From a virus (taxonomy: Duplodnaviria > Caudoviricetes): DNA of 64,000 bases. The DNA is taken from positions 32,001 through 96,000 of the IMG/VR virus record IMGVR_UViG_3300028048_000063; one strand, 5' to 3'. The translations under genes were made by a program, and so were the position numbers. The stretch's first letter is position 1. Every line of letters starts with the position of its first letter. This document shows positions 39,575-49,880 of the stretch, in pieces. The notes under the pieces are model-generated. The model searched no databases. It was not told the DNA's origin and worked only from the letters and a program-made list of their open reading frames with translations.

Positions 39575-40186
39575 CTATTGTCCAGACGACCTTCTACATG
39601 TAACATATATACAGGTACTGCCGCCCTTTGAAGATTTGCCACAAGTTGTTACAGCTGAACAAGTACTACAACTAGAAGAAGAACCACAAGTTGTTGTAGC
39701 ACTACATGTGCCGCAAGTACGACCAGATGCTCTATATTCTATTGTTGTTGCTCCAGATACAGTCACAGATGTTGTCGAAGTATTATTTACATATGGATAT
39801 ACATAAAAAGTATAACTACCAGCTGTGTATGAAATATAACTTGGCATCGTTAAAACGTCTCCGTAGTGGGCTGTAAATGTCCATGAAGCAGCAGCCCCTG
39901 ATGCTGTTGTGCTCCAGCTTTCAGAACTATGAGTAGAATTTGTGACTGTCAACGTGCCAAAATATTCAGGGGCGTATGTTCCTGTTAAGGAAACCGTAAT
40001 TGTATATTTCTCTTGAAGAATGGTATAGATAGTACTTGACCCAGTTCTGTAAGAAGAATCAATGGCGCCTGTGACAACAGACAGTGTACAATCATACCCT
40101 GAACTGTTAGCTGGCGTATAATTTGAAGATGCTTGGTTTAGATTAACAGCATAATCTTGACTACTATTTTTTGTATAATATGACAT
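39575..40186 (-). CDS. Ser/Thr/Tyr-rich beta protein with Cys-repeat C-terminus (putative rSAM substrate)
   Basis: C-terminus TCGTCSATTTCGSSSSCSTCSAVTTCGKSSKGGSTCIYVTCRRSSGQ (8 Cys). Start re-called to ATG 40186. Confidence 0.75.
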   Translation of the reverse strand: MSYYTKNSSQDYAVNLNQASSNYTPANSSGYDCTLSVVTGAIDSSYRTGSSTIYTILQEKYTITVSLTGTYAPEYFGTLTVTNSTHSSESWSTTASGAAASWTFTAHYGDVLTMPSYISYTAGSYTFYVYPYVNNTSTTSVTVSGATTIEYRASGRTCGTCSATTTCGSSSSCSTCSAVTTCGKSSKGGSTCIYVTCRRSSGQ

Positions 40187-40187
40187 A

Positions 40188-40592
40188 TTAATCACCAACC
40201 TTTTCTTCGAGCTTTTTAACTCTATCTTCTAAATTATCATTACGCTTAATCTCTTCTTTTAATGCACCTATTAACCAGTAAATTAATTTAGTTTCATTAA
40301 TTGAATAAAAACCATCATCATTAATATAAATCATAGACTTTAAGTATTCGTTTGGTAATATTTGTTCTAATTCTTGTGCGATTATACCTATAATTAAATT
40401 TTTATCTTTATCACACTTAAAATTAAATTCTTTAAGTATAATTTTATCTAAAATTTCTTTGAAATTAATATCCTTAACTTCTTTAATATTTTCCTTTAAT
40501 TCTTTGTCTGACGTTGAATAGAAATTAACTGCAGTAATTTTTCCTGTTGAAGTTAAATCTCCATTCACTATTGTGCTGCCTAAAATTGCCAT
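40188..40592 (-). CDS. Peptidase S74 / tail-fibre intramolecular chaperone domain protein
   Basis: TSDKELKENI, GIIAQELEQI, YSINETKLI..LIGALKE, C-terminal coiled coil. Confidence 0.85.
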   Translation of the reverse strand: MAILGSTIVNGDLTSTGKITAVNFYSTSDKELKENIKEVKDINFKEILDKIILKEFNFKCDKDKNLIIGIIAQELEQILPNEYLKSMIYINDDGFYSINETKLIYWLIGALKEEIKRNDNLEDRVKKLEEKVGD

Positions 40593-40594
40593 AG

Positions 40595-42514
40595 TTAATT
40601 CTCCTTTATTTCTCTAGTTTCTAAGAAACCATTTTTTAATAATCTATTTGTTGTGCTACTAACTCTTATATATACTAACTGCCATCCATAGCATTGTTGT
40701 CCATTGTAACTTGGTATATATCCAGTTCCCCAGTACGAACAAATACCACAACCAAACCAGTTACCATTCGATGTATTAGCAAAGCACATTTTACAATTAC
40801 TTGCATTATACCAATACATACCAGCATAACTATTTGTTGTTGTTGCAGATATTCTAGTTACATTTGTTCCAACTTTTGCAGGATTAACATCGTCCCAAGT
40901 TGCATTAAATGGATTTTTATTTTGTTTCCATCTATATCGTTCAAAGCCTCCCCCAACACTAGTTTGGTGTTGAACCATAAACTCATACCAGCCACTTTCT
41001 GGTCTATTTACGACATTGATCAAACCAAAATTACTCCATTTATCTATTGCTTGCGAGTTTAATGTCGTAAAATCACCACTGTTACTAAACACACCATTTG
41101 CTACATTATGGATACAAATAGGTAGCCAAGTGGATCCATCTTCTAATGTAACAGTTTCATACAAACTTGATGTTTTGATAGACCCTGTCTTTAAAAAACT
41201 CGTTTTTGTTAAAGTGGTATCTTCTTCTACAATATTACAGTAAATACCCCCTTTATTGTCAACACTTTCTCTTACCTGGTATAAGGCTGTTATGTCTGTC
41301 TGCGCTAAAGCAGTTGCATAAACCCTAAGATCAGATACTTGCCCGTTAAACCAGTTAGCTCCACTACAACGTATACCGAGCCTCATTTCTCTTGATCCAA
41401 AATCAGATCCAAATGATCCACTTTGCGTTCCTTTAGATACTCCGTTTATATATAATGTTGCATTTGTAGATGTCATAGTAACTACTACATGATACCATGT
41501 ACCAGTAGTGAATCCACAAGTAGAGGCACTCCATGTGTAAGAGCCTCCAGCAGAACTATAACATTGTAATCCATATGTTGTACCGCCATACATTGGTTGT
41601 GTCCCTGTCTCCCCAGAAGGAGCTCTATTATCTATAATATGGTAAGAGCCAGTGCTCCCAAATTTTAGCCAGCAAGCATATGTCATTGCAGTTGTTAGTG
41701 GAATACTTCTATATACATAATTACTACTACCATTAAATGAAGCGCTTCTTCTTCCAATGTTTGTTGTTGTGCTGTAACTAACGCTACCTGATCCATTATG
41801 TCTAAGACCACTCGAATCGGTTAGATCTTCTGTATTAAAAGTATAATGTAATATTAATCCTCTAGCAAGTTCTTTTATTTCCTTTGTAGATAATGTATGA
41901 TTATATGCTCTTAAATCATTTATATAACCATTTAATTTATAGTTATCATAAACACCATTACCGCTAGCATTGGCGAAAGACCAACACCCAATCATAAAAT
42001 AGTCTGCAGGTGTAGACATGCCAGTATATGCATGTGATCCATCTAAATTACCGTTGACATATAACCTAATAGTACTGCCATCATATGTATAGCAAAGATG
42101 GTACCAAGTGTTCGCTTGTAATAAAGTAGAACCACAATAAGTATTATATGTTCTTGAGCTCCCGTTACCAGTATTTACACTCAAATAGCCAGTAGTAGAA
42201 GACACGTATTTAATTGTCATCCCCATACCTACATTACTTGGGTATCTGTGCTGCCCTGCAATAGATCCACCAAGAGAACTATCACTGCTCAAACTACTGA
42301 ACTTAACCCACGCACATATAGATTGATTTTGACCTAAAGTGACTGTATTGTTAGAAACATATCCACCACTAGAATAAGATGTGTTGCCATAACAACATAC
42401 TGTTACCTTACCCGCATTGGTTAAACTAGAACCACTTAAACTAGTAAAATTTAAATTTGAAGTTCCATAATTAATTATACTATTATTCAAGGGAAGCCAT
42501 ATTACTAAACTCAT
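40595..42514 (-). CDS. LamG/concanavalin-A-like domain virion protein (two LamG domains plus C-terminal domain)
   Basis: WYHLCYTYDGSTIRLYVNG...NGYINDLRAYNHTLS and WYHVVVT...LYING...FNGQVSDLRVYATAL. ATG 42514 with GGAGG. Confidence 0.88.
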   Translation of the reverse strand: MSLVIWLPLNNSIINYGTSNLNFTSLSGSSLTNAGKVTVCCYGNTSYSSGGYVSNNTVTLGQNQSICAWVKFSSLSSDSSLGGSIAGQHRYPSNVGMGMTIKYVSSTTGYLSVNTGNGSSRTYNTYCGSTLLQANTWYHLCYTYDGSTIRLYVNGNLDGSHAYTGMSTPADYFMIGCWSFANASGNGVYDNYKLNGYINDLRAYNHTLSTKEIKELARGLILHYTFNTEDLTDSSGLRHNGSGSVSYSTTTNIGRRSASFNGSSNYVYRSIPLTTAMTYACWLKFGSTGSYHIIDNRAPSGETGTQPMYGGTTYGLQCYSSAGGSYTWSASTCGFTTGTWYHVVVTMTSTNATLYINGVSKGTQSGSFGSDFGSREMRLGIRCSGANWFNGQVSDLRVYATALAQTDITALYQVRESVDNKGGIYCNIVEEDTTLTKTSFLKTGSIKTSSLYETVTLEDGSTWLPICIHNVANGVFSNSGDFTTLNSQAIDKWSNFGLINVVNRPESGWYEFMVQHQTSVGGGFERYRWKQNKNPFNATWDDVNPAKVGTNVTRISATTTNSYAGMYWYNASNCKMCFANTSNGNWFGCGICSYWGTGYIPSYNGQQCYGWQLVYIRVSSTTNRLLKNGFLETREIKEN

Positions 42515-42524
42515 ATATACCTCC

Positions 42525-44111
42525 TTAGAATACAAAATCTATAGACTCAGTTGATGTATTATATTGCATTGTAGCTTTAGCTGTCCCCGAAGATGTAATT
42601 CTATACTTATCACTATCTAATTGTCCAGCTGCGCTTGATAAAACAACATAATTCGCACTTCTACCACCGGACGTACTAGAGTTTAAAGTAATTTTTCTAC
42701 TGCCACTTGTTGTAATGGCACTAGTACTATCTATCGATAACCCTGTTCCAGCAGTTGTGATAGTTACACTTGTAACAGTACCATTAGCATAATTATTTGG
42801 GTTACTTGCTAAATAATATTGACTATGAGTATGGTTCTTAGAAACAGCAACTCCATCAGTATCTGTTGCGCCATTCATGTCTCCAGTAGCTAGCTTAACA
42901 TGGCCGTAGTTAGCGGTTGTGCCAGCACCATAGGTGGTAGCAGAAGAAGCGTGTGAAGTAGGTGTTCTGCTATTACTTAATCTACTATCATTACCAACGC
43001 AAACTGAGGTCGCACTCGTTCCTGTAGGTACATATAAATCATTAACTCCTGTACCTGTACCTATTTTTAAACCAGAACTATAGCTTGGTGTGTGATAATA
43101 GTTTGTATCAACCCCTCCTGCTAATACTTCTGTCATAGTTTTGGTAGTGGTTCCATCAGTTAAACCTGCTGCTCGTAAATTACCAGCTAAATATTCATTT
43201 CCAGACCAATCTAATGTTCTTGCATTTGAACGAGCAGATGAAGTTCCATTACCAACTATTTCTACATAAGTATCAGCTGTATCTTCTATATTATACTTAC
43301 CACCTACATGCTGATATTGTGAAGATGCAACAGTGCTAAAACCTTCGGCATGAGAACCTTGGCCTGAAGCAATAGTACCAGAACCTTCAGCATGAGAATT
43401 AGGACCTGACGCGAAAGTATTATACCCTTCGGCGTGTGCTCCGCCATTTGATGCTATTGTACGATCACCTTCGGCGTGAGATAATCCATAGGCTGCGCCA
43501 TTACATATATATACTGTGGCACTTGATAGCGCAGAGCTAGACAGGGTTGATGACACAGTTATTGTAGTACCCGTACCAGAAACAGTGTTAACTCTTGCAA
43601 CTTTTTTATTTGTGCCACTCCCATATGATAATATCGTGCCAACTTTTGGTGCAACACCAGAAGCAATAGTATAGCTTGTAGTATTTGCATCTCCAGTGAG
43701 TTTAAATGTAGAACTAGTAGATTTACCATATCCTTCTGCATGGCCACCATCAAGAGCAGTTGTCCCCGTACCTTCAGCATGTGAGTAATTACCAAAAGCT
43801 CCTGTAATATATCCTTCTGCTAAAGAATAACTTCCGGCAGCAGTATTACTACTACCTAATGTTGTACTGTAACTACCAACAGTAGTCATCATAGCTCTAT
43901 TCATACTTAAACTACCAGTACCGATCGCATCAGCTTTATTCATTTTTGTGGATATATCTGGAATTTGGCTTGTTAAAGCAATCGTCGAATCTGCGGTTAA
44001 TGTAGGCAAAACCGCTTCATATCCGTTATTTTGCAATCTTTCTGGAATAATTTCGTAATCTGTTACTCCATCTGGATTTATTTTTTTAATTTTATTTGTA
44101 GGTAAAGCCAT
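42525..44111 (-). CDS. Tail fibre with YadA/Hep-Hag-like (SHAEG) head repeats
   Basis: Repeated xSHAEGxxTxA; RLSNSRTPTSHAS...YGHVKL fibre motif. Confidence 0.82.
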   Translation of the reverse strand: MALPTNKIKKINPDGVTDYEIIPERLQNNGYEAVLPTLTADSTIALTSQIPDISTKMNKADAIGTGSLSMNRAMMTTVGSYSTTLGSSNTAAGSYSLAEGYITGAFGNYSHAEGTGTTALDGGHAEGYGKSTSSTFKLTGDANTTSYTIASGVAPKVGTILSYGSGTNKKVARVNTVSGTGTTITVSSTLSSSALSSATVYICNGAAYGLSHAEGDRTIASNGGAHAEGYNTFASGPNSHAEGSGTIASGQGSHAEGFSTVASSQYQHVGGKYNIEDTADTYVEIVGNGTSSARSNARTLDWSGNEYLAGNLRAAGLTDGTTTKTMTEVLAGGVDTNYYHTPSYSSGLKIGTGTGVNDLYVPTGTSATSVCVGNDSRLSNSRTPTSHASSATTYGAGTTANYGHVKLATGDMNGATDTDGVAVSKNHTHSQYYLASNPNNYANGTVTSVTITTAGTGLSIDSTSAITTSGSRKITLNSSTSGGRSANYVVLSSAAGQLDSDKYRITSSGTAKATMQYNTSTESIDFVF

Positions 44112-44126
44112 AAATCTCCCTCCTTA

Positions 44127-44348
44127 TTAAAGCATTAAAGTATCTTCGACAACTTCTCCTTTAATTAAAAAAGGAAGATCGTTTACCGTATGTATACCAT
44201 CACCAAGTTTTATTTTTGGCGAATTATTTTCGAAATCATAAACTATTATTGTAAAAATATTTGGGATATAATTTACCGCCTTTTCCCAATTTTGAGGCGT
44301 GTCCACCTTTACGATGGCGTTTGATTTTTCCATAATTTTCTCCTCCAT
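44127..44348 (-). CDS. Small protein resembling the N-terminal domain of phage hyaluronidase/fibre proteins
   Basis: DT..NW...KIKLGDG...VNDLPF. Confidence 0.65.
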   Translation of the reverse strand: MEEKIMEKSNAIVKVDTPQNWEKAVNYIPNIFTIIVYDFENNSPKIKLGDGIHTVNDLPFLIKGEVVEDTLML

Positions 44349-44423
44349 TTCAAGATATAACGCTTATCTTTTCAAAGCGTGCAAGATAAGAGGAGCCATT
44401 TCTGACTCCTCTTTTTAAATTGT

Positions 44424-45497
44424 TTAAGAAACTGTAACTTCGACAGTTTTGCTTGTCTTTGTTAATGATACAGTACCTGTAGCTGTACCAGTTGAATCAA
44501 TTGTAGCTTCAGTACCAGTGAATGTAGCTGAGTTAACTGTAGCTTTATCATATGTAACGCCTGTGATAAGTGCGTTTGTAGCTTTTGTACCAGTGAATTC
44601 TGGTGTACTTGCAGAAGCAGAAACTCCTGTGAGAACAGTCTTTTTCTCAAAGGTTGGTAAAGTAACAGCTGTTGGTGTGTTTGCTGTAAATGTATCTGCA
44701 CCGTGAGTTGCAGGTGTAAAGCTATCTGTGCCTTGTGTGAATGATCCTGCTGAGAAACTGAAAGTTAGAACTTCATTAGTTACAGTTGCTGACCATGTTG
44801 GTGCAACAAAACTATCGTCTCCTTGTTTGAATGATCCACCACTAAAGCTTCCTCTTGTGAAGCTTGCAGCTGTACCTGCTGTAACTGATCCAGTGGTTTT
44901 CTCACTATAAACATCTGTTGATGTTGGATCTACTGTTATAGTTGGTGCTGAAACACTACCTGCTGGTGTATAATCTGCTTTGGTTAAATTTGCAGCAGTT
45001 GCTGTTTGTGTCAATGTAACTGCGACACTACCTGCTGGTGTATATGTAGCACTAACACTAGCTGCACCGTTTGTAAAGCTTGCACTATCTGCTGTCGTTA
45101 CAGATCCACTACCAGAAGCAGTATCTTTATATGCTAAATCACCAAGGTTGCTAATATCTGCATCAGTATCACCAAGTTTTTCCCAAATCCAAGCTGGTGT
45201 AGCTGTACTACCTTCATTAACTGGGATATACTCATCGTATATATCCTTAGGTAAAGTTTGCTTTGATGGCACTAAATAAATATTTGATTTATCTGCATCT
45301 ACAGCTGCTAAAGTACCAGTAATTTCTGTAGAACCGTCCATCCACTTTACACCAACTGGTGTGTCAGCAGCAGATGTACATTTGTGGAATGTAACACCTT
45401 GAAGTTGCTCTATCATATTTCTGGCTTCAGCGTCTTTAATAACATAAGTAGTGTTATCACCAGGCAACTTTACTTGTGAAATATAAGTATTTGGCAT
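44424..45497 (-). CDS. Thr/Ala-rich fibre-like structural protein
   Basis: Y.IKDAEAR start; YTPAGSV and FTG repeats; lies in the fibre cluster. Confidence 0.65.
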   Translation of the reverse strand: MPNTYISQVKLPGDNTTYVIKDAEARNMIEQLQGVTFHKCTSAADTPVGVKWMDGSTEITGTLAAVDADKSNIYLVPSKQTLPKDIYDEYIPVNEGSTATPAWIWEKLGDTDADISNLGDLAYKDTASGSGSVTTADSASFTNGAASVSATYTPAGSVAVTLTQTATAANLTKADYTPAGSVSAPTITVDPTSTDVYSEKTTGSVTAGTAASFTRGSFSGGSFKQGDDSFVAPTWSATVTNEVLTFSFSAGSFTQGTDSFTPATHGADTFTANTPTAVTLPTFEKKTVLTGVSASASTPEFTGTKATNALITGVTYDKATVNSATFTGTEATIDSTGTATGTVSLTKTSKTVEVTVS

Positions 45498-45549
45498 TTT
45501 GCCCTCCTTTAAAGATTTTTAATCCTAAATAAAATTATAGTTTTATATA

Positions 45550-46005
45550 TTAATTAACTGAGAAGATCAAAACCTCATTTGATCTACTACAACTAACTTT
45601 ATTATTCCAACGGTCACGTTCCCCATCTTGGATATGAACATTGGTATTATTTATATGTTGTTCTAATGCAGGATCAATTATCACACTATATTGATAAGCT
45701 TTCGTTGCAATAGTAACATTAATAATTTGTGTATTACCTTGATATAAGATATCTGTTACATATCTTCTTATGGTATTATCTTTATAAGCTAGTTTATAAT
45801 AACAATTATTATATATAATCTGGCTTAATGTGCTTTTTCTTAAGTTTTCGAACGTCTCGTCATCAAACACTCCAGAAGCTTCCGTAATAGTGACGTCTGA
45901 TGCAGCGATCGGTCCGATTTCTTGTTCGATTTGGTCTATTCGTTTATTGGCTGCTTCAACTTGTTGAATACTATTCGCAGCCATTCCTCTCGCTAAAACA
46001 TCCAT
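45550..46005 (-). CDS. Fibre-cluster protein (151 aa)
   Basis: DVLARGMA N-terminus shared with 54041..54628; HINNTNVHI...ER..WN motif. Confidence 0.6.
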   Translation of the reverse strand: MDVLARGMAANSIQQVEAANKRIDQIEQEIGPIAASDVTITEASGVFDDETFENLRKSTLSQIIYNNCYYKLAYKDNTIRRYVTDILYQGNTQIINVTIATKAYQYSVIIDPALEQHINNTNVHIQDGERDRWNNKVSCSRSNEVLIFSVN

Positions 46006-46019
46006 AAAATAACTCCTTT

Positions 46020-46046
46020 AATGAGAGAGGTATTCCCCCTCTCATT
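46020..46046 (-). terminator. Probable terminator hairpin
   Basis: AATGAGAG...CTCTCATT stem after the 1146-aa fibre gene. Confidence 0.55.
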
Positions 46047-46055
46047 TATGTTTGA

Positions 46056-49000
46056 TTAATTATATTTTCTTAAATAACTTGTTGAGAAATATACCATACT
46101 TGACGAACTTATAGTTGTACTTGCTAGGAAATAAAGCCATTGACCATCATGGAATATATATCCTACAGGATCGTTTGTTGTAAAATTATATGCTGTACAA
46201 AGATAATCGGTATCGGTCTTAATTTGTGATCCCCAATTAGCAAGGATTTGAATTGACTTATTGGAGTCATATATTGGTATATCCGCACCAGATCCAGCAT
46301 ATACATATGCAATATGATATGTAGTGCCAGCTGTTATATTAGAAGCAGTAAAACGTCCAGTTAAGTGAATAGAGTCATTTGCTCGCGCGAAGCGAAGTGT
46401 GCAATCACTTGAATGAGAATCCCCATTGTAATCTTGCAATTCGCCTGTGCTTACAAAATTTATACCATTAACTGGTGCATATGGAGTTGGTGTATTGGTT
46501 AAATCATTATAATTACCTGTCTTTGCAACAGTTGCTAATTGCTCATCTGTTGTTAGTGTACCATTTGTTGATGGTAAATTTACTGTAATATCACTATTTG
46601 ATTGATTTACTAAAGTCGTATGATTAATTTTCATACTACCTGTAATATATTCATTACCAGACCAATCTAATGTACGAGCATTAGATCTTGCGGAACTTGT
46701 ACCATTACCAACAATTTCAATATAATTACCATATCCAGTACCTCTCGATAATGGATCTGTTGTTACGTCTGATATGTTGTATTCTCCAAAAACATGTTGA
46801 GAAACAGCTTTTGCCTCATTATGCTTACCTTCTACATGGGACGCTTCTCCAGAAGCAATGTTGTTTTCGCCTTCTACATGAGAAGCTTTACCAGAAGCTT
46901 CATGCTGTAATACGCAACCCAACCACTGACTGCTAGAGTAAGCTTCATTAAGTCTCCATCCTGCTTGAAATTCATCTGCACTTGCGATTGTTATGGAATT
47001 TGATGTTTTGCTTTCAACGTAGAATAGAGGACAAATATCAGAACTATTTCTATATGTTGGTACTATAAATTTGGTTCCAACATCCAATATAGTTAAATCT
47101 GAAGATGAAACATTGAATGTAGCACCTGTTTTTGTAACTTGCATACTAAATTGATCAACAGACATACCTTCGCTATGAGAACATTCTCCAGATGCGATAG
47201 AATATCCGCCTTCTGAATGAGATCCTATTCCCTTAGCGATGGTGTTTTGACCTTCGCTGTGAGAATAATTTCCAGAACTTAATCCATAATATCCTTCTGT
47301 GTGAGAAGCTAGACCAACACTATTTGTATATTGTCCTTCTGCATGAGAGTCAGCGCCGACCGCTTTTGTTTGTTCTCCCTCACTATGTGAGTCGCTGCCT
47401 ATAGCAATTGTTTTATATCCTTCTGCATGAGAATAACTTCCAGATGCCCCAGAGCATCCCTCTGAGAACCCATATGCCCCAGCTGTAGATTTAAAATAAT
47501 GTACGTTTTGAGGATTTGTTCCTAAAGTTTTATCAACAGTAACTGTAACTTCAGCATACCATCCCATTGATTGAGATGTTCTTGTTAATACTTTAGCATA
47601 GTCGCCAGTATCTTTGACATATAAATAATCTCCTACTGCTACGTCAGAAATAGGATTGCTGTATGATGCGGTGATAACATAAGTTGTACCAGAACCGCTT
47701 AAACTACCATAGCTGTCATCGTCTGCTGGTATTAAGTTAGGACCAACGGATATACTGCCATCACCAAGAGTTATAGAAGCTTTTGTTAATGCAATAGAGT
47801 CTTTACCAACGCTTTTGCCTTGATTTAATATTATTAAACTATATCTGTTATTTTCATATTTATAAATATTATTATCGTGTTTATAATATTTTCCATCTTC
47901 TGGCTGTGGACTATAACTTATAGTAGCCGTTCCTACGAAATTACCATTCCAGTCAGGACTTGTTGTCACAATAGAAGCACCATCGACTGTATAATAATAG
48001 CTTGATGAATCAGTTGGTAAATAGAAATCTCCATGAACGTCTACATTGGACTGGAATCCGCCAGAGTTACTATTATATATTGTGAAACCTTGATATGGAG
48101 TACGTATCATAAATTTGTAAGCATCATTATCGTACTGATCAAATATTGCTTCAAAAGTAAGATGTTCGTTTGGGTTGGTGGACATCTCTGCGCTCATTAA
48201 TACTACAGAATAATTGCTACTGTCCACAGTATTTTCTAGCATTTCTAACAATTCTGCTGCTTTTGATCTATCAAAATGTATCGCATCGCCTTGATGAATT
48301 TGTTCTTGGTCTGTATATGCATGTATTGTATACACAGTCTCTTGATTTATGATCGGTTTATTGTCTAAATCATCATAATCTGTAACACCCTCGATTTGGA
48401 TATTTCCGGACCCTAAAATAGATTCATTATTAATAGTTTTAATATTGGTACCTGAAACTAATGTGTCCTGTTTTCCAGATAAATCTTGTTGCGTTGCAAC
48501 CACAGATGTGTCGATAGAAAATTCATCTCCACTTAAAGATAAGCCATTGCCAGCGGCGTATGTTGAATCTGTCGCAGAAATTACATTATTATTAATCTCA
48601 ATATTATTACCAGCAGTTAACACATCCTGTTTACCTGTTAAATCGTTTTGTGTAGCTACAACTGTAGTATCTATATTAAATTCTGTGCCTTTTAGTGATA
48701 AACCAGTACCTGCTGTATATGTTGTATCTGTGGCTGAAATCTCATTATTACTATCTATAGTAATATTTGCGCCTGCTGTTAATACATCTTGCTTGCCTTG
48801 TAAATCAGATTGAGTTGCAATAACTGAAGTATCAACACTAAATTCTGTACCATCGAGTGACAAACCAGTCCCTGCTGTATAAGTTGTATCTGCAGCTGAA
48901 ATTCTACCACTATTACTAATAGTAATATTATTTCCGGCTATTAATGGTATTTGCCATGATTTCCAACCACTTACATCATTACCATTATTCCAATATGTAT

Positions 49001-49496
49001 ATTCCCAATGATATGGTGCTACACTTCCTGACGTTAAAGTTAATCTAATAACTTTGTTTCCAGCTGTTGTTGCAATAATATCTACGACAACATCTGCATT
49101 CATTAATCCTATAGCTGGAAAATCACTAAATGTAACACCGCCGAGATAAGCCATACCTACAACAGCACTTACATCAGCATTAACATCATCACAAAATTCT
49201 TTTGTAGTTCCGTTGGTTTTCCAATTTGGATTGAATGTTTGATATGTAGTAACCGATAAATCTCCAGAACCAAGTACAGATTCTCCATTAATGGTTTTAA
49301 TATTCTCACCGCTTACTAACTCGTCTTGTTTTCCAGATATCTCTGATATTTCACTCATGATACTAGGATCAAGTTTAGTATCGGTAACTGCGCCATCAGC
49401 TATTTTACTAGTAGTAACAGCACCATTATTAAGATGTTCAGAATCTATATATTGTTCTGCACCAATTTCTTGGTTACCATAATAAATTTTTGCCAT
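46056..49496 (-). CDS. Long tail fibre (KQDxLxAG stalk repeats and SHAEG head repeats)
   Basis: Three ~54-aa DTTYTAG..LSL.G.EF..DT.V.ATQ.DL.GKQD repeats; many SHxEG repeats; shares EIVGNGTSSARSNARTLDWSGNEY with 42525..44111. Confidence 0.83.
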   Translation of the reverse strand: MAKIYYGNQEIGAEQYIDSEHLNNGAVTTSKIADGAVTDTKLDPSIMSEISEISGKQDELVSGENIKTINGESVLGSGDLSVTTYQTFNPNWKTNGTTKEFCDDVNADVSAVVGMAYLGGVTFSDFPAIGLMNADVVVDIIATTAGNKVIRLTLTSGSVAPYHWEYTYWNNGNDVSGWKSWQIPLIAGNNITISNSGRISAADTTYTAGTGLSLDGTEFSVDTSVIATQSDLQGKQDVLTAGANITIDSNNEISATDTTYTAGTGLSLKGTEFNIDTTVVATQNDLTGKQDVLTAGNNIEINNNVISATDSTYAAGNGLSLSGDEFSIDTSVVATQQDLSGKQDTLVSGTNIKTINNESILGSGNIQIEGVTDYDDLDNKPIINQETVYTIHAYTDQEQIHQGDAIHFDRSKAAELLEMLENTVDSSNYSVVLMSAEMSTNPNEHLTFEAIFDQYDNDAYKFMIRTPYQGFTIYNSNSGGFQSNVDVHGDFYLPTDSSSYYYTVDGASIVTTSPDWNGNFVGTATISYSPQPEDGKYYKHDNNIYKYENNRYSLIILNQGKSVGKDSIALTKASITLGDGSISVGPNLIPADDDSYGSLSGSGTTYVITASYSNPISDVAVGDYLYVKDTGDYAKVLTRTSQSMGWYAEVTVTVDKTLGTNPQNVHYFKSTAGAYGFSEGCSGASGSYSHAEGYKTIAIGSDSHSEGEQTKAVGADSHAEGQYTNSVGLASHTEGYYGLSSGNYSHSEGQNTIAKGIGSHSEGGYSIASGECSHSEGMSVDQFSMQVTKTGATFNVSSSDLTILDVGTKFIVPTYRNSSDICPLFYVESKTSNSITIASADEFQAGWRLNEAYSSSQWLGCVLQHEASGKASHVEGENNIASGEASHVEGKHNEAKAVSQHVFGEYNISDVTTDPLSRGTGYGNYIEIVGNGTSSARSNARTLDWSGNEYITGSMKINHTTLVNQSNSDITVNLPSTNGTLTTDEQLATVAKTGNYNDLTNTPTPYAPVNGINFVSTGELQDYNGDSHSSDCTLRFARANDSIHLTGRFTASNITAGTTYHIAYVYAGSGADIPIYDSNKSIQILANWGSQIKTDTDYLCTAYNFTTNDPVGYIFHDGQWLYFLASTTISSSSMVYFSTSYLRKYN

Positions 49497-49524
49497 GTAT
49501 TTTAACCTCCTTTTAAGATTTTAA

Positions 49525-49629
49525 AATTTTTTACTCCTTGTTAAAAATAAACATAAACTTAATAACAAGGAGTAAAAAATTCCAAGTTATAAGTTTGTAA
49601 ACGAGGAGAGGCGGAGAGACCTCTCCTCG
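49525..49629 (-). promoter_or_regulatory. Structured leader: GC hairpin + ATAACTTGG + 19-bp inverted repeat
   Basis: Hairpin 49602-49629; IR 49525-43/49563-81 with a TTATGTTTATTTT loop; near-copy at 55018-55133. Confidence 0.65.
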
Positions 49630-49658
49630 CACTTATTTAGTTGTATAAAAGATCTATT

Positions 49659-49868
49659 TTATTTAATCTTAGGAAAATGTGGGAAGATAGATTTCTTCTC
49701 TGCTTCGACATCTGTAATTTCATATAAATCCTCAGAATAATCGCCAAAGACACAATTAACTAATTCATTATTTTTTAGATCTTTAAATTTGTAATATTTG
49801 TTTGTTTCATTGTCATAACATTTTGTAAGTGTGACCTTAAAAATTTTATCTTTTACTATTCTTTTCAT
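49659..49868 (-). CDS. Hypothetical protein (69 aa)
   Basis: GAGGTG SD; follows the LRR fibre gene. Confidence 0.6.
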   Translation of the reverse strand: MKRIVKDKIFKVTLTKCYDNETNKYYKFKDLKNNELVNCVFGDYSEDLYEITDVEAEKKSIFPHFPKIK

Positions 49869-49880
49869 ATATCCACCTCA

